From: Spirochaetia bacterium
Lineage (GTDB): Bacteria > Spirochaetota > Spirochaetia > UBA9216
Assembly: GCA_963677925.2 (NCBI GenBank)
Contig: CAXXYH010000003.1
Coordinates: 672,001-736,000 of the forward strand
Direction: 5' to 3'
Length of the DNA: 64,000 nucleotides
The notes beneath the pieces are model-generated. The model searched no databases. It was not told the origin of the DNA and worked only from the letters and a program-made list of their open reading frames with translations. Numbering within the stretch: the first letter of the stretch is position 1; every line of letters starts with the position of its first letter. This document shows, piece by piece, positions 29,050 to 38,228 of the stretch. The position numbers were made by a program, and so were the translations under genes.

Positions 29050-29916
29050 CTATTCAACATTCCTCAGCTGTTCCCGAATCTTTTCAAGGTTGTCCTTTAC
29101 TTCAACAACCCTCTTGTTTACCCCAAATATTGTCGATTTAGAACCGATTGTGTTCACCTCACGGTTTATTTCCTGGCAAATAAAGTCGAGCTTTTTTCCG
29201 ACGGCTTCCCCGGACTCTACCCCTTCAATGAAGGAATCCAGATGACCGCGAAGGCGCATAATCTCTTCATTGATTGTATATTTAACCAGAAGGACTGCTG
29301 TCTCAGCAAGAATCCGCTGTTCATCTATTTCACTTCCCAGCACTTCCTGAAATTTTGAAGCAATTCCATTTCTGATCTCGGATTCCATCTCATCGCCTTT
29401 CTGCTCAAACAGTTCAAGAGCGCTGTAGATTCCATTTATATTATTGCGGATATCGGCTTCTGTTTCTGCTCCCTCTTTCTGTCTTGAAGCATCCCACTGT
29501 CTGAAGCCTTCCTCATACATCGGCGCAAGCAGTTCACGATAGTGATCGATATCCCGCTTTTTTTCAGTTTTAAGGATTCCATCCAGGGCGAGAAAATGCG
29601 AAAGGTCAAGGCTCTGCTGGATACCGGCAAGTTCCTTAATTTTATTCAGTGTTTCTGCATATACAGCAACAGCAGGTTTATCAAGATGGACAACTATATC
29701 CTCTTCGAGTTCCCTTACCCTGATATATACTTCAACTCTTCCCCTTTCAGCCCTGCTTGAAATAAACTTTCTAAGTTCAGCTTCAAGCGGATTAAGAAAT
29801 ACAGGCTGATTGATAATAATATCCAGGTATCTGTTATTGTATGATTTAATCTCAAGAGTGATATGAATTTTCTCATCCTGAAACTCGGTATAGCCGTATC
29901 CGGTCATGCTTTTCAT
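29050..29916 (-). CDS. yicC: YicC/YloC family endoribonuclease
   Basis: MKSMTGYG, EIKSYNNRYL, GKKLDFICQEINREVNTIGSK, REQLRNVE. Confidence 0.95.
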   Translation of the reverse strand: MKSMTGYGYTEFQDEKIHITLEIKSYNNRYLDIIINQPVFLNPLEAELRKFISSRAERGRVEVYIRVRELEEDIVVHLDKPAVAVYAETLNKIKELAGIQQSLDLSHFLALDGILKTEKKRDIDHYRELLAPMYEEGFRQWDASRQKEGAETEADIRNNINGIYSALELFEQKGDEMESEIRNGIASKFQEVLGSEIDEQRILAETAVLLVKYTINEEIMRLRGHLDSFIEGVESGEAVGKKLDFICQEINREVNTIGSKSTIFGVNKRVVEVKDNLEKIREQLRNVE

Positions 29917-31364
29917 TCAGTACATCCGTATTGTTCTTCTTTAAAATAACTGTAAACCGATTCACCTAGTTTCCAGTTATCACCGGCACCCATTGTTACA
30001 AAAAGGTCTCCGGGTTTAAGCTCATTTATTACAAAGTCTTTTGCGTCCATTACTTCTTCGAAATACTGAACAGCACTGTGGTTTTTCTTTGTCTGTTCAT
30101 AAAGATCCTGACCGCGAACAGTTCCCTGTTTTTCTCTTGCCGATGCATATATTTTATGGAGGATAACAACATCCGCTGCATCAAAGGATTTGCTGAAATC
30201 ATCAAGCAGAGCCTCGGTCCTTGAATATGTATGGCTCATGAAATCAACAATAATCCTTCTTTTAGGATAAAAATCCCTGAGTCCGTGCAGGGTTGTTTTT
30301 ATTGCTGCCGGGTGATGTCCATAATCATCCATAAAAATTATATCATCAGAGCTTCCGAGTATCTCACTTCTGCGTTTGGTTCCCCTGAATCCGGCAAGGG
30401 CTTCTGAAATAAGTTCACCGGAATCACGCCCGCGATCTTCAATATCCAGCAGCTGACATGCCACAGCAATTGCAGCAGCGGCATTTAGAACATTATGAGT
30501 TCCGGGAACAAGAAGCTTCATTTTTACTGAAGGGAATCTGTTGATTTTAAAACGGGTTTCACCGTCAGCCTTTTCCAGGTCAGTAAGCCCGAAATCGCCG
30601 TCAACTGTAAGACCGTATGGCACAAGTCTTACATCATCCCTGTTAGCCCTAATACGTTCAGCCGCTTCAGAGGCTCCGGCATCATCAGCGCAGTAAATAA
30701 GCGCTCCTCCATTGCTGAGCTTCATACCGTATTCGACAAAAGCGCTGAGTATATCATCGTAATCACGGTAATAATCCAGATGATCGGGTTCAACACTCGT
30801 AATAACAAGCCATTGGGGGCTGAAGTTAAGGAAATTTCTTTTATATTCACATGTCTCGGCTACAAAATAATCATTTCCCTTCACAAGAGTTGATCTTCCG
30901 CCGAAGTTGGCGGCAGCAGATCCGGTCAATATTGAAGCAGGAAGTTCCAGGGCATTTAAAATAGTCCCTGTCATTGCAGTTGTAGTAGTTTTTCCATGTA
31001 CGCCGGCGATAGCCGCTGATCGGCTCATTCTTGATAAAGAGCCTAAAGCCTCTGCATAGCTCATCATCCTGATACCGCGCGCTGAAGCTGCTGTAAGTTC
31101 CGGATGCTCAGTCAGCGAATAAGCAGCTGAATACACCAGAAGATCAGTGCTTTCCGGAATATTATCAGGGCTGAAGCCCTTGAAAACCGGAATTCCAAGC
31201 TGAGTAAGAATCTCATCCGTATAAAAATGTTCATCAACATCGGAACCGGTAACAATAGCACCCCTGCTTCGGAAAATCTCAGCAAGAGCCGTCATACCGG
31301 TTCCCTTTATTCCTGTAAAAAATATAACGGAACCGCTAAGGTCCGGTAACTCTTTTTCTATCAT
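29913..31364 (-). CDS. murC: UDP-N-acetylmuramate--L-alanine ligase
   Basis: GIKGTGMTALA, AGVHGKTTTT, DHLDYY, DDYGHHP, HTYSRT, MGAGD. Confidence 0.96.
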   Translation of the reverse strand: MIEKELPDLSGSVIFFTGIKGTGMTALAEIFRSRGAIVTGSDVDEHFYTDEILTQLGIPVFKGFSPDNIPESTDLLVYSAAYSLTEHPELTAASARGIRMMSYAEALGSLSRMSRSAAIAGVHGKTTTTAMTGTILNALELPASILTGSAAANFGGRSTLVKGNDYFVAETCEYKRNFLNFSPQWLVITSVEPDHLDYYRDYDDILSAFVEYGMKLSNGGALIYCADDAGASEAAERIRANRDDVRLVPYGLTVDGDFGLTDLEKADGETRFKINRFPSVKMKLLVPGTHNVLNAAAAIAVACQLLDIEDRGRDSGELISEALAGFRGTKRRSEILGSSDDIIFMDDYGHHPAAIKTTLHGLRDFYPKRRIIVDFMSHTYSRTEALLDDFSKSFDAADVVILHKIYASAREKQGTVRGQDLYEQTKKNHSAVQYFEEVMDAKDFVINELKPGDLFVTMGAGDNWKLGESVYSYFKEEQYGCTE

Positions 31365-31370
31365 ACCGTT

Positions 31371-31399
31371 ATAATAGAGTAAAATCGTTATAATTTCAA
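31371..31399 (-). promoter_or_regulatory. Sigma70 promoter of the murC operon (apparently leaderless)
   Basis: TTGAAA (31399-31394), 17-bp spacer, TATTAT (31376-31371), then ATG 6 nt later. Confidence 0.7.
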
Positions 31400-31422
31400 T
31401 TAGAGACGGATCTTACCGATAA

Positions 31423-32727
31423 ATGAGTATGAACAGATTAATGAACATCAACCCGGCGCATTTTAAGCTCCCGGTATCACTGCTTATCAGACTTCTGCAG
31501 ACTATAGTGCATACATATACGAAATTTATGAGAGATAACGGACTTGCGAGAGCCGGCAGCATGGCATATTCAACACTGCTTGCCGCTGTTCCGCTTGCCG
31601 CCCTTGGTATATCCCTGATGAATTCCTTCGGGATTCTTGATTCCGCCCAGACTAAACTGACAGAGTTCATTGTACAGCTTATGATTCCAACCAGACAGGC
31701 TGAGGCGACCGCCCTTCTTGAACAGTTTCTGGAAAACTCAGGAAAGCTTGGAGTGGTCGGACTGGTTTTTTTTACAATATCAAGCGTTTTCCTGCTGGAC
31801 AGCATCAGCAGCAACCTCAATGCGATATGGGGAAGCAAGCCTAAAAGTAACTTCTTTTCTAAATTTACAACCTACACCTCAGTTATAATATTCGGAACGC
31901 TGCTTATTACCGTAAGCCTTACGCTTTCAAAGGGTATCAATCCCTGGATATTTGAAAAGGCAAAGGCATTAACCCGGGTATTCATATCGATTTCACCATT
32001 TGTATTTAATTTCATGATTATCAGCATGCTCATAATCCTTACTCCATCAGCAAAGGTTAAACCTTCAAGTGCCGCTATTGCAGCGTTGCTCGGCTCGGTA
32101 GCCTGGGAAGTAATGAAATTCGGCTTCGTAAACATATCCAGCTGGGCTTTGCGGGCATCCGTCATCTACGGAACAATAGCAGTTGTACCGATTTTTCTTT
32201 TCTGGCTTTACATTCTCTGGATAATCATTATTGCCGCTATGGAACTGACGTGGCTTCATCAGCATCGAAAAAAACCCTGGACCAGACAGGAACCTTCAGA
32301 GATGCAGCCGGCGGAAAAAGCAGCCTTTGGTCTTGAAGTTTTTGTCTTTATAGCTGAAAAATTCGACGAAGGCGGAGAAGCGCCGGACATCAACGAACTT
32401 GCCATTAAGTTTGCGGTCTCCACTGAGGATATAAAAACTGTAACTGATCTGCTGATAGCTTCTAATTTACTGATAACAACCGGAGAAGACTCCGAGGCTC
32501 TGGTGCCATCGCGAAGCCTTACTTCAATGGATATGGAAGAGGTTGTTAAGGTACTGTTCGGGGAAATACAGTTTAGAAGCGGAAACAACCGGGAGGCAGC
32601 CAGAGTTATTCAGCGTATTCTGTATACAGGTATAGACCAGGTATCATCGCTGAACATGTCGGACCTGCTGGCACAAAAAAAACCCGGTCAAAAAACCGGG
32701 CTTTCAGCATCAGAATCTGATGATTAA
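31423..32727 (+). CDS. YihY/BrkB family membrane protein with C-terminal winged-helix extension
   Basis: AGSMAYSTLLAAVP, LNAIWG, IYGTIAVVPIFLFWLYILW; multiple TM helices. Confidence 0.9.
   Translation: MSMNRLMNINPAHFKLPVSLLIRLLQTIVHTYTKFMRDNGLARAGSMAYSTLLAAVPLAALGISLMNSFGILDSAQTKLTEFIVQLMIPTRQAEATALLEQFLENSGKLGVVGLVFFTISSVFLLDSISSNLNAIWGSKPKSNFFSKFTTYTSVIIFGTLLITVSLTLSKGINPWIFEKAKALTRVFISISPFVFNFMIISMLIILTPSAKVKPSSAAIAALLGSVAWEVMKFGFVNISSWALRASVIYGTIAVVPIFLFWLYILWIIIIAAMELTWLHQHRKKPWTRQEPSEMQPAEKAAFGLEVFVFIAEKFDEGGEAPDINELAIKFAVSTEDIKTVTDLLIASNLLITTGEDSEALVPSRSLTSMDMEEVVKVLFGEIQFRSGNNREAARVIQRILYTGIDQVSSLNMSDLLAQKKPGQKTGLSASESDD
32675..32700 (-). terminator. Terminator for the small Zn-finger gene (inside the 3' end of the YihY/BrkB gene)
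   Basis: CCCGGT (32683-88) / ACCGGG (32695-700) with A8 on + (U-tract on -). Confidence 0.7.
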
Positions 32728-32918
32728 AGAGCAGCTACAGCTTCAGCCTTCTTTCCGGCTGCGATTGCTGCCTTACACTGCTTGCAGATCATGAATTTCT
32801 TCTCATCTTTAGAGTATTCGTAGATAACTTTGATACCGGTTCTCTTGCAGACAGGGCAGCTCCCTCTTCCGTTATTGACCAGCTCACGAACACCAAAACC
32901 TCTATGTGATTTTGACAT
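32724..32918 (-). CDS. Small basic CxxC...CxxC protein; candidate spirochaete ribosomal protein (bL38-like)
   Basis: 64 aa, K/R-rich, CPVC and CKQC; AAGGAGA SD; own promoter and terminator. Confidence 0.6.
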   Translation of the reverse strand: MSKSHRGFGVRELVNNGRGSCPVCKRTGIKVIYEYSKDEKKFMICKQCKAAIAAGKKAEAVAAL

Positions 32919-32985
32919 TAATATCTCCTTTCATACCGCCTGCCGCGGTTGATAACTGATTTACAGATATAAAATCCGGTCTGTT

Positions 32986-33048
32986 AATATACCTGTAGGC
33001 TTGAAAAAAGTCAATGGAGTTGACCATCAGCCTCTTCCGGTTTATCAT
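32986..33048. promoter_or_regulatory. Back-to-back divergent sigma70 promoters
   Basis: Minus strand: TTGACT (33014-09), 17 bp, TATATT (32991-86). Plus strand: TTGACC (33020-25), 17 bp, TATCAT (33043-48). Confidence 0.75.
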
Positions 33049-33063
33049 CTCTGCTGATATTCA

Positions 33064-34008
33064 ATGAAAATAGACCGTCTGTTATCAATCGTAGTATACC
33101 TTCTCAACAGAGAACTTGTCAGCGCCAGTGAGCTGGCAGATAAATTTGAGGTTTCGGTACGTACAATACAACGGGATATGGAAGCTATCGACCTGGCGGG
33201 GATTCCGGTTGTTACAGTCCAGGGTCCCCGCGGCGGCTACGGGATTATGAAGACATTTAAACTTGACCGTCAGCTTGTCAGCCCGGAAGATATTTTCTAT
33301 ATAATTACAGCGCTGAAGAGCATAAGCGATTCAATTGACAATCCGAAACTTGAGAATACTCTTGAAAAAATGAAAGGACTTATGCCCGGAGTACCGGGAG
33401 AATCCTTTTTAAAACATAGTTCCAAACTTCATATCGATTTTACAATGTTAGGCGGCGGACCCGATCAGAAGCGGATATTTCAGATAATAAATACCGCGGT
33501 AGAAAAGGAAAAACTGCTCAGAATCAGCTACACAAACAACAAACTGGAAAAAGATACCAGAATAATAGAGCCGATGACCATTGTTTTCAAATGGAGGGCA
33601 TGGTATCTCTATGCCTGGTGCAGAAGCAGGGAGGATTACAGGTTTTTCCGCATTTCGAGAATCAGGGAACCGGAAATCCTCGAGCGGGGATTTATCAGAA
33701 GAGATCAAGGCTATGAAGAGTTTGAATCGCGGAATTCATATGGTCCCACAGGTACCGGCAGCGGCAGTATTGAAATAAAACTGCATTTTAAAACACCTAT
33801 GACCGATCTGGTTGAAGAATATTACGATGAAAAGAACTGTGAAAAACTTGATGACGGCAGCATAATTTGTACGGTTTCAATGCCTGAAGACGGCTGGCTT
33901 TACGGCTATATTTTAAGCTTCGGTGAATATGTAGAAGTTCTTTCTCCGCCCCATCTGCGAAAGATAATAAAAGAAGGTGCCAAAAAGATTTCCGAAGTCT
34001 ATGATTAG
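33064..34008 (+). CDS. YafY-family HTH-WYL transcriptional regulator
   Basis: ELADKFEVSVRTIQRD HTH, GPRGGY, RAWYLYAWC, RFFRISRI, C-terminal WCX (ILSFGEYVEVLSP). Confidence 0.93.
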   Translation: MKIDRLLSIVVYLLNRELVSASELADKFEVSVRTIQRDMEAIDLAGIPVVTVQGPRGGYGIMKTFKLDRQLVSPEDIFYIITALKSISDSIDNPKLENTLEKMKGLMPGVPGESFLKHSSKLHIDFTMLGGGPDQKRIFQIINTAVEKEKLLRISYTNNKLEKDTRIIEPMTIVFKWRAWYLYAWCRSREDYRFFRISRIREPEILERGFIRRDQGYEEFESRNSYGPTGTGSGSIEIKLHFKTPMTDLVEEYYDEKNCEKLDDGSIICTVSMPEDGWLYGYILSFGEYVEVLSPPHLRKIIKEGAKKISEVYD

Positions 34009-34202
34009 GGTTTCTCTTCAGTTAAAAACCAGTCGTATAATTCCTGTCCTGAATAAATTTCGGGCTGTATGTAGTGAGTACCCTTCTGTGTAATTGTATA
34101 TTTAATATTACCGCCTGCATTATTCAGCTTCATAATAAAATTGATTTCATCCTTAATCTGTATAGGGAGATCATCCAATTCACTAGAAGTCCATACTGGC
34201 AG
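34005..34202 (-). pseudogene. C-terminal remnant of an alpha/beta-hydrolase (phospholipase/carboxylesterase, COG4099-like)
   Basis: Manual translation gives LPVWTSSELDDLPIQIKDEINFIMKLNNAGGNIKYTITQKGTHYIQPEIYSGQELYDWFLTEEKP*, preceded by an in-frame TAG; the N-terminal part is missing. Confidence 0.6.
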
Positions 34203-34305
34203 CTAAAAAACCTTTTATGCCAGCACTTAGAATCTGAATTTTTTTCAACCCTCTCTTTTTTATATTATTTAAATCATCAGTAGAGATACAGACTGCCAGT
34301 GCAAT

Positions 34306-35436
34306 TCACTCTCTCAGCATTTTACGGTAATAAGCTGAACTTCCGGTCTCTGAGATCTCCAGTATCAGCTTCGCTGTAAAGCTGCCTATACCGCGGATTG
34401 CGGTTAACTCTTCATAACTCATTTCTGCAATCGGCTTGTCATTTTTAGTGAGAGAATAAACCGCATAACCATATGGGCTTTCACGATTTTTAAGCTTCAG
34501 CAGCCAGTCAAGCTGTTCCAGAATAAGTATAATAAGTTCATCCCTCGAGACTATAGACTCAAAAATCTCAGAAGGTATTCGTTTTGCCATAGCATATCTG
34601 GATGCGGCAGTATTAAAGCGCCCGGCGATAGCTGATGTATATGCCGAAGACGGTGCCCCCCAGCTGTTTTCATTACTATAAATCTTGTCGTATCCGTTTT
34701 TTAATTCAGGATGGTAATTATCCAGAAAATTCATAAAATAATCTTTCTGCCTGCCCGGTTTAAGTGTCATACCGCTGAATACAACGTAATCTGCTCCGGC
34801 CTTTGATGCAGCCGCTACTGACGCATCGATCTGCTCTGCAGAATCTGTAATGCCCGGAACAACCGGCATAAGAAACATTCCGCAGTTAAGTCCGGCCGCT
34901 TTTATGCTTTTCATAAGAGCAAGACGCTTTGAAGGCAGAGGCACCCCCGGTTCCAGCAGTTTTCCGAGTTCATCATCAACAGTTGAAAAACTGAAACTGA
35001 CCGTTGCCCCTGTGTTTCGGTTAATATCAAGCAGAAGTTCCAGATCCCTCTCAACCAATGTTGATTTAGTCAGGATATGAACCGGATGATTAAACTCACG
35101 GAAAAGTTCCAGAGTCTGCCGGCATAGCTGAAGATCCGTTTCAAAGGGCTGGTATGAATCGCTTACTCCGCCGCAGATGATAAAATATCCGTTTTTAAAG
35201 GGTTTTCGCTTCCTGGAAGGATCAAGCTCCTTTCTCAGAAGTTCAATTGCATTGCTTTTTACACTCACATCACGTCCGAAAACGCCTTCAACCTGATATT
35301 TTTCATCACGGCCGTCACAGTAAACACAATTATGAGTGCATCCTCTGTACAGGTTTATAGCATATGCGCTAACAAACCAGGAATCGATCTTCTTATACTT
35401 CCTTAATATGCTTTTAGCCTCTATTTCAGTAATCAT
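34306..35436 (-). CDS. SplB/Rv2578c-like radical SAM protein with C-terminal helix-hairpin-helix
   Basis: NLYRGCTHNCVYCDG, SDSYQPFE, ILTKS, LEPGVP, IRGIG HhH; start set at MITEIEAK. Confidence 0.85.
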   Translation of the reverse strand: MITEIEAKSILRKYKKIDSWFVSAYAINLYRGCTHNCVYCDGRDEKYQVEGVFGRDVSVKSNAIELLRKELDPSRKRKPFKNGYFIICGGVSDSYQPFETDLQLCRQTLELFREFNHPVHILTKSTLVERDLELLLDINRNTGATVSFSFSTVDDELGKLLEPGVPLPSKRLALMKSIKAAGLNCGMFLMPVVPGITDSAEQIDASVAAASKAGADYVVFSGMTLKPGRQKDYFMNFLDNYHPELKNGYDKIYSNENSWGAPSSAYTSAIAGRFNTAASRYAMAKRIPSEIFESIVSRDELIILILEQLDWLLKLKNRESPYGYAVYSLTKNDKPIAEMSYEELTAIRGIGSFTAKLILEISETGSSAYYRKMLRE

Positions 35437-36286
35437 CCGTAATGAAGTCTTTCCTTTTAAAATGTCTGTCCTTGTATTTATATTCGTCAATATTCAGCAA
35501 ATCAAGGACTAGAAGAGGATCCTTTTTTACCAGATTTCTGCAGGCTCTGTATGCAATCCAGTGAGAATCCGGGTTTCCGGATTCTGCAAGCTGTTTAACA
35601 ACAGGGAAAGTAAGTTCAGGGTTTATCCTCAGCCAGTCGCTGAGGCTGTTACCTGCTGAAGTTCTGGGATAGGGAGAAGATTCAGTATACAGTAGTTTCA
35701 GCACAGAAAATGCGAAATCGGGAGCATTCTTAAACCAGCGATTCTCTGCTACCGGTCGCAGCGATTCAGAAGCAAAACGTCTATGCAGGGGATTATCGGA
35801 TACAGCCATTTCCAAATACCAGGGTTTGACGAGCGCGTTGTGTGATTTCACGAGCTTCCTGATGAAGCCGGAACTGCATTCCCTCACAATCCAGTCTTCA
35901 TCTTCAGAAGCTTTTCTGAATAATGACATAACAGGGTCTAAATCACCTGTTTCTTGAGCATACAGTGATGCCAGCTGAATACCCAGGCTTCTGACAAATG
36001 TATCATTCTCTGTATTTTTGTACAGAAGACTTCCGGCATCGAGAATCTCATCAATATCTAATAAGCCGGATTCCAAAATGAATATGCCCAGCTCCATCAC
36101 GACAGAATAGCGGCCGATTGATATTCTCTTCTTATCGGGTATTGATGCATGCAGAAGCCTGATAAGCTCTTCTGTTTGCGGGCCTGCTGAAACAGTGTCA
36201 AAAACTCCCCAATCTGAGAGACTTCTTTGTAATTCAGAAATTATTTCAGGCTTAATTATTTTATAAGGATAGTTATTATTTCTCAC
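35426..36286 (-). CDS. HEAT-repeat DNA alkylation repair protein (AlkC/AlkD-like)
   Basis: DEDWIVRE, RRFASESLRP, YPRTSAGNSLSDW; GTG start; overlaps the radical SAM gene. Confidence 0.72.
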   Translation of the reverse strand: MRNNNYPYKIIKPEIISELQRSLSDWGVFDTVSAGPQTEELIRLLHASIPDKKRISIGRYSVVMELGIFILESGLLDIDEILDAGSLLYKNTENDTFVRSLGIQLASLYAQETGDLDPVMSLFRKASEDEDWIVRECSSGFIRKLVKSHNALVKPWYLEMAVSDNPLHRRFASESLRPVAENRWFKNAPDFAFSVLKLLYTESSPYPRTSAGNSLSDWLRINPELTFPVVKQLAESGNPDSHWIAYRACRNLVKKDPLLVLDLLNIDEYKYKDRHFKRKDFITDDY

Positions 36287-36380
36287 AGATTAAATATACC
36301 ACGCAGGAATCAATTTTCACAGAATGCATTCGACGATTTTTCTTGACGAATTAGCAAAGTCGTGTAAAAGTAAAAGTTAC

Positions 36381-37244
36381 ATGTTAGAAGCACCTGTGAA
36401 AAATCAGTGGATCAACAATAATTATTCTATCGGTGAGGTCTCAAACATATTCGGTATTCCATCAAAAATGCTGAGATACTGGGATAGTATTAATCTGTTA
36501 AAACCATATAACGTCGATCAGATTAATGGCTACAGATACTACTCCTCATCTCAGTTTTATCTAATTAATTTCATTAAATACCTTAGAAAACTAGATGTCT
36601 CATATGACATGATTAAGACAAAGTTGAATGAAACAAACATCCAGAGTCTTGAAGAGCTGATGATAGAGCAGATAAATGAGACAGAAAACAAGGTAAGAGA
36701 GCTCTCTAATATCAAAAAGACCTTCACAAGCCATATAGAATCTATAGAAGAGGCTCTGCATAATAAAGAAGTCGAAGTTATTCACATTGCCAAGGCAAAG
36801 GATTTTAAGCTGATATATCTTGAATATCCCTTTGATAACCGAAAAGATTTTGAAATAGCTGTGAGAAAACTTGAATCTGTTCTTGAAGGCAATCCCACGC
36901 TTTTGATTTCACAGGTTTCCACTGTATTCAGCAAGGACGATTTTATTAACGGTACTTATAATCAGTTTATTGGAATCAGCCTTAAATACGGTATATATAA
37001 ATCCCGCAATAAATATGTTCAAAAAGTACCGGAGGATTCCGAATACGCTACGATGAGGTTCTGGGGCAGTCTCAATAACTCTGACGATTATTATAATAAG
37101 CTTAAAGATTTTCTGAAAAATGAAGATTATGAAATTGCCGGCGATGTTATCAGAAAATGTGTAGCACCCGGTACCATATCCGGAAAGCATGACCATCTTG
37201 CAGAGCTTTATGTTCCCGTAAAAAAAATTAATAAAAATATTTGA
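36381..37244 (+). CDS. MerR-family regulator with GyrI-like effector domain (BmrR/BltR type)
   Basis: YSIGEVS...LRYWDSINLLKP...NGYRYY HTH, coiled coil, GyrI-like C-terminus (YEIAGD...ELYVPV); start uncertain (36324 or 36381). Confidence 0.88.
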   Translation: MLEAPVKNQWINNNYSIGEVSNIFGIPSKMLRYWDSINLLKPYNVDQINGYRYYSSSQFYLINFIKYLRKLDVSYDMIKTKLNETNIQSLEELMIEQINETENKVRELSNIKKTFTSHIESIEEALHNKEVEVIHIAKAKDFKLIYLEYPFDNRKDFEIAVRKLESVLEGNPTLLISQVSTVFSKDDFINGTYNQFIGISLKYGIYKSRNKYVQKVPEDSEYATMRFWGSLNNSDDYYNKLKDFLKNEDYEIAGDVIRKCVAPGTISGKHDHLAELYVPVKKINKNI

Positions 37245-37271
37245 CCTTCCCACAGTGGTAAGGTTTACCAT
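37241..37271 (+). promoter_or_regulatory. MerR-type promoter/operator of the glycyl-radical operon
   Basis: TTGACC (37241-46), 19-bp spacer, TACCAT (37266-71); dyad ACCTTCCCAC-A-GTGGTAAGGT (37244-64, 9/10 match). Confidence 0.88.
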
Positions 37272-37303
37272 CATTTATACCAAAATAAATGAGGGTTTAC
37301 CTA

Positions 37304-38227
37304 TTGGCTGATCAACACATAAAGGGCTGGGTTTTCGATATTCAGCACTACTCTATTCATGACGGGCCCGGAATAAGAACAACTGTATTTCTAAGCGGCT
37401 GTTCATTAAGGTGCAAATGGTGCCAGAACCCGGAATCTCATACAATTAAACCGGTATTATCTTTTAATGCTGATAAATGCATAACATGCGGCGCCTGCAT
37501 CAGTGTATGTCCGGAGAAAGCGATCTTTATTGAAGATAATAAAATACATACAAACCGCAAATTGTGTACGGCATGCGGAGCCTGTGTGCCCGTCTGTCCT
37601 ACTGAAGCCCGAAGTATAATCGGCAAGGAAATGACAGCGGCTGAAGTTATTGCTGATGTCGAATCGGACAAGATTTTTTACGAAGGTTCAGGAGGGGGAG
37701 TAACTTTAAGCGGAGGGGAAATCCTTTTTCAGCCTGAATTCTCCCGGACACTGCTGGCAATGCTAAAAGAAGCTGGAATATCAACTGCAGTTGAAACCAC
37801 AGGAAACGCGGACTGGGAAGTAGTAAAAGACACTATAAAAGATGCCGATCTTGTTCTTTATGACCTTAAACACATGGATTCCGAAGGACATAAATTCGGT
37901 ACAGGTGTAGGGAATAAAAGAATTCTTGAAAACATAGTTAAAATTAAGAAAGAACTGAATATTTCTGTCAATATTCGTATCCCCCTTATACCTGGATATA
38001 ACGATTCATCAGAAAATCTGAATCAGACAGCCCGATTCATCAAAGAGCAGCTGGGTGAAGACACACCGGTAAGTCTTCTTCCTTATCATCGAATGGGAAT
38101 CGGGAAATGGGAACAGCTTGAAAAAGAAGCTCCTTCCTTTGAGGCTGATCCGCCTGATGATGCACATATGAATTCTGTAAAATTTATTTTCGATCAGTAT
38201 AACCTGATCAGTCAGATTGGAGGCTAA
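37304..38227 (+). CDS. Glycyl-radical enzyme activating enzyme with 2x[4Fe-4S] insert
   Basis: HDGPGIRTTVFLSGCSLRCKWCQNPE; CITCGACISVCP and CTACGACVPVCP; GGGVTLSGGE; TTG start after GAGGG (alternative 37289). Confidence 0.95.
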   Translation: MADQHIKGWVFDIQHYSIHDGPGIRTTVFLSGCSLRCKWCQNPESHTIKPVLSFNADKCITCGACISVCPEKAIFIEDNKIHTNRKLCTACGACVPVCPTEARSIIGKEMTAAEVIADVESDKIFYEGSGGGVTLSGGEILFQPEFSRTLLAMLKEAGISTAVETTGNADWEVVKDTIKDADLVLYDLKHMDSEGHKFGTGVGNKRILENIVKIKKELNISVNIRIPLIPGYNDSSENLNQTARFIKEQLGEDTPVSLLPYHRMGIGKWEQLEKEAPSFEADPPDDAHMNSVKFIFDQYNLISQIGG

Positions 38228-38228
38228 A

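Noticed and set aside
33064-34008. WYL protein as regulator of an anti-phage island (BrxR/CapW type)
   Set aside because: It is YafY-type and no nuclease, restriction-modification, CBASS or BREX genes are nearby
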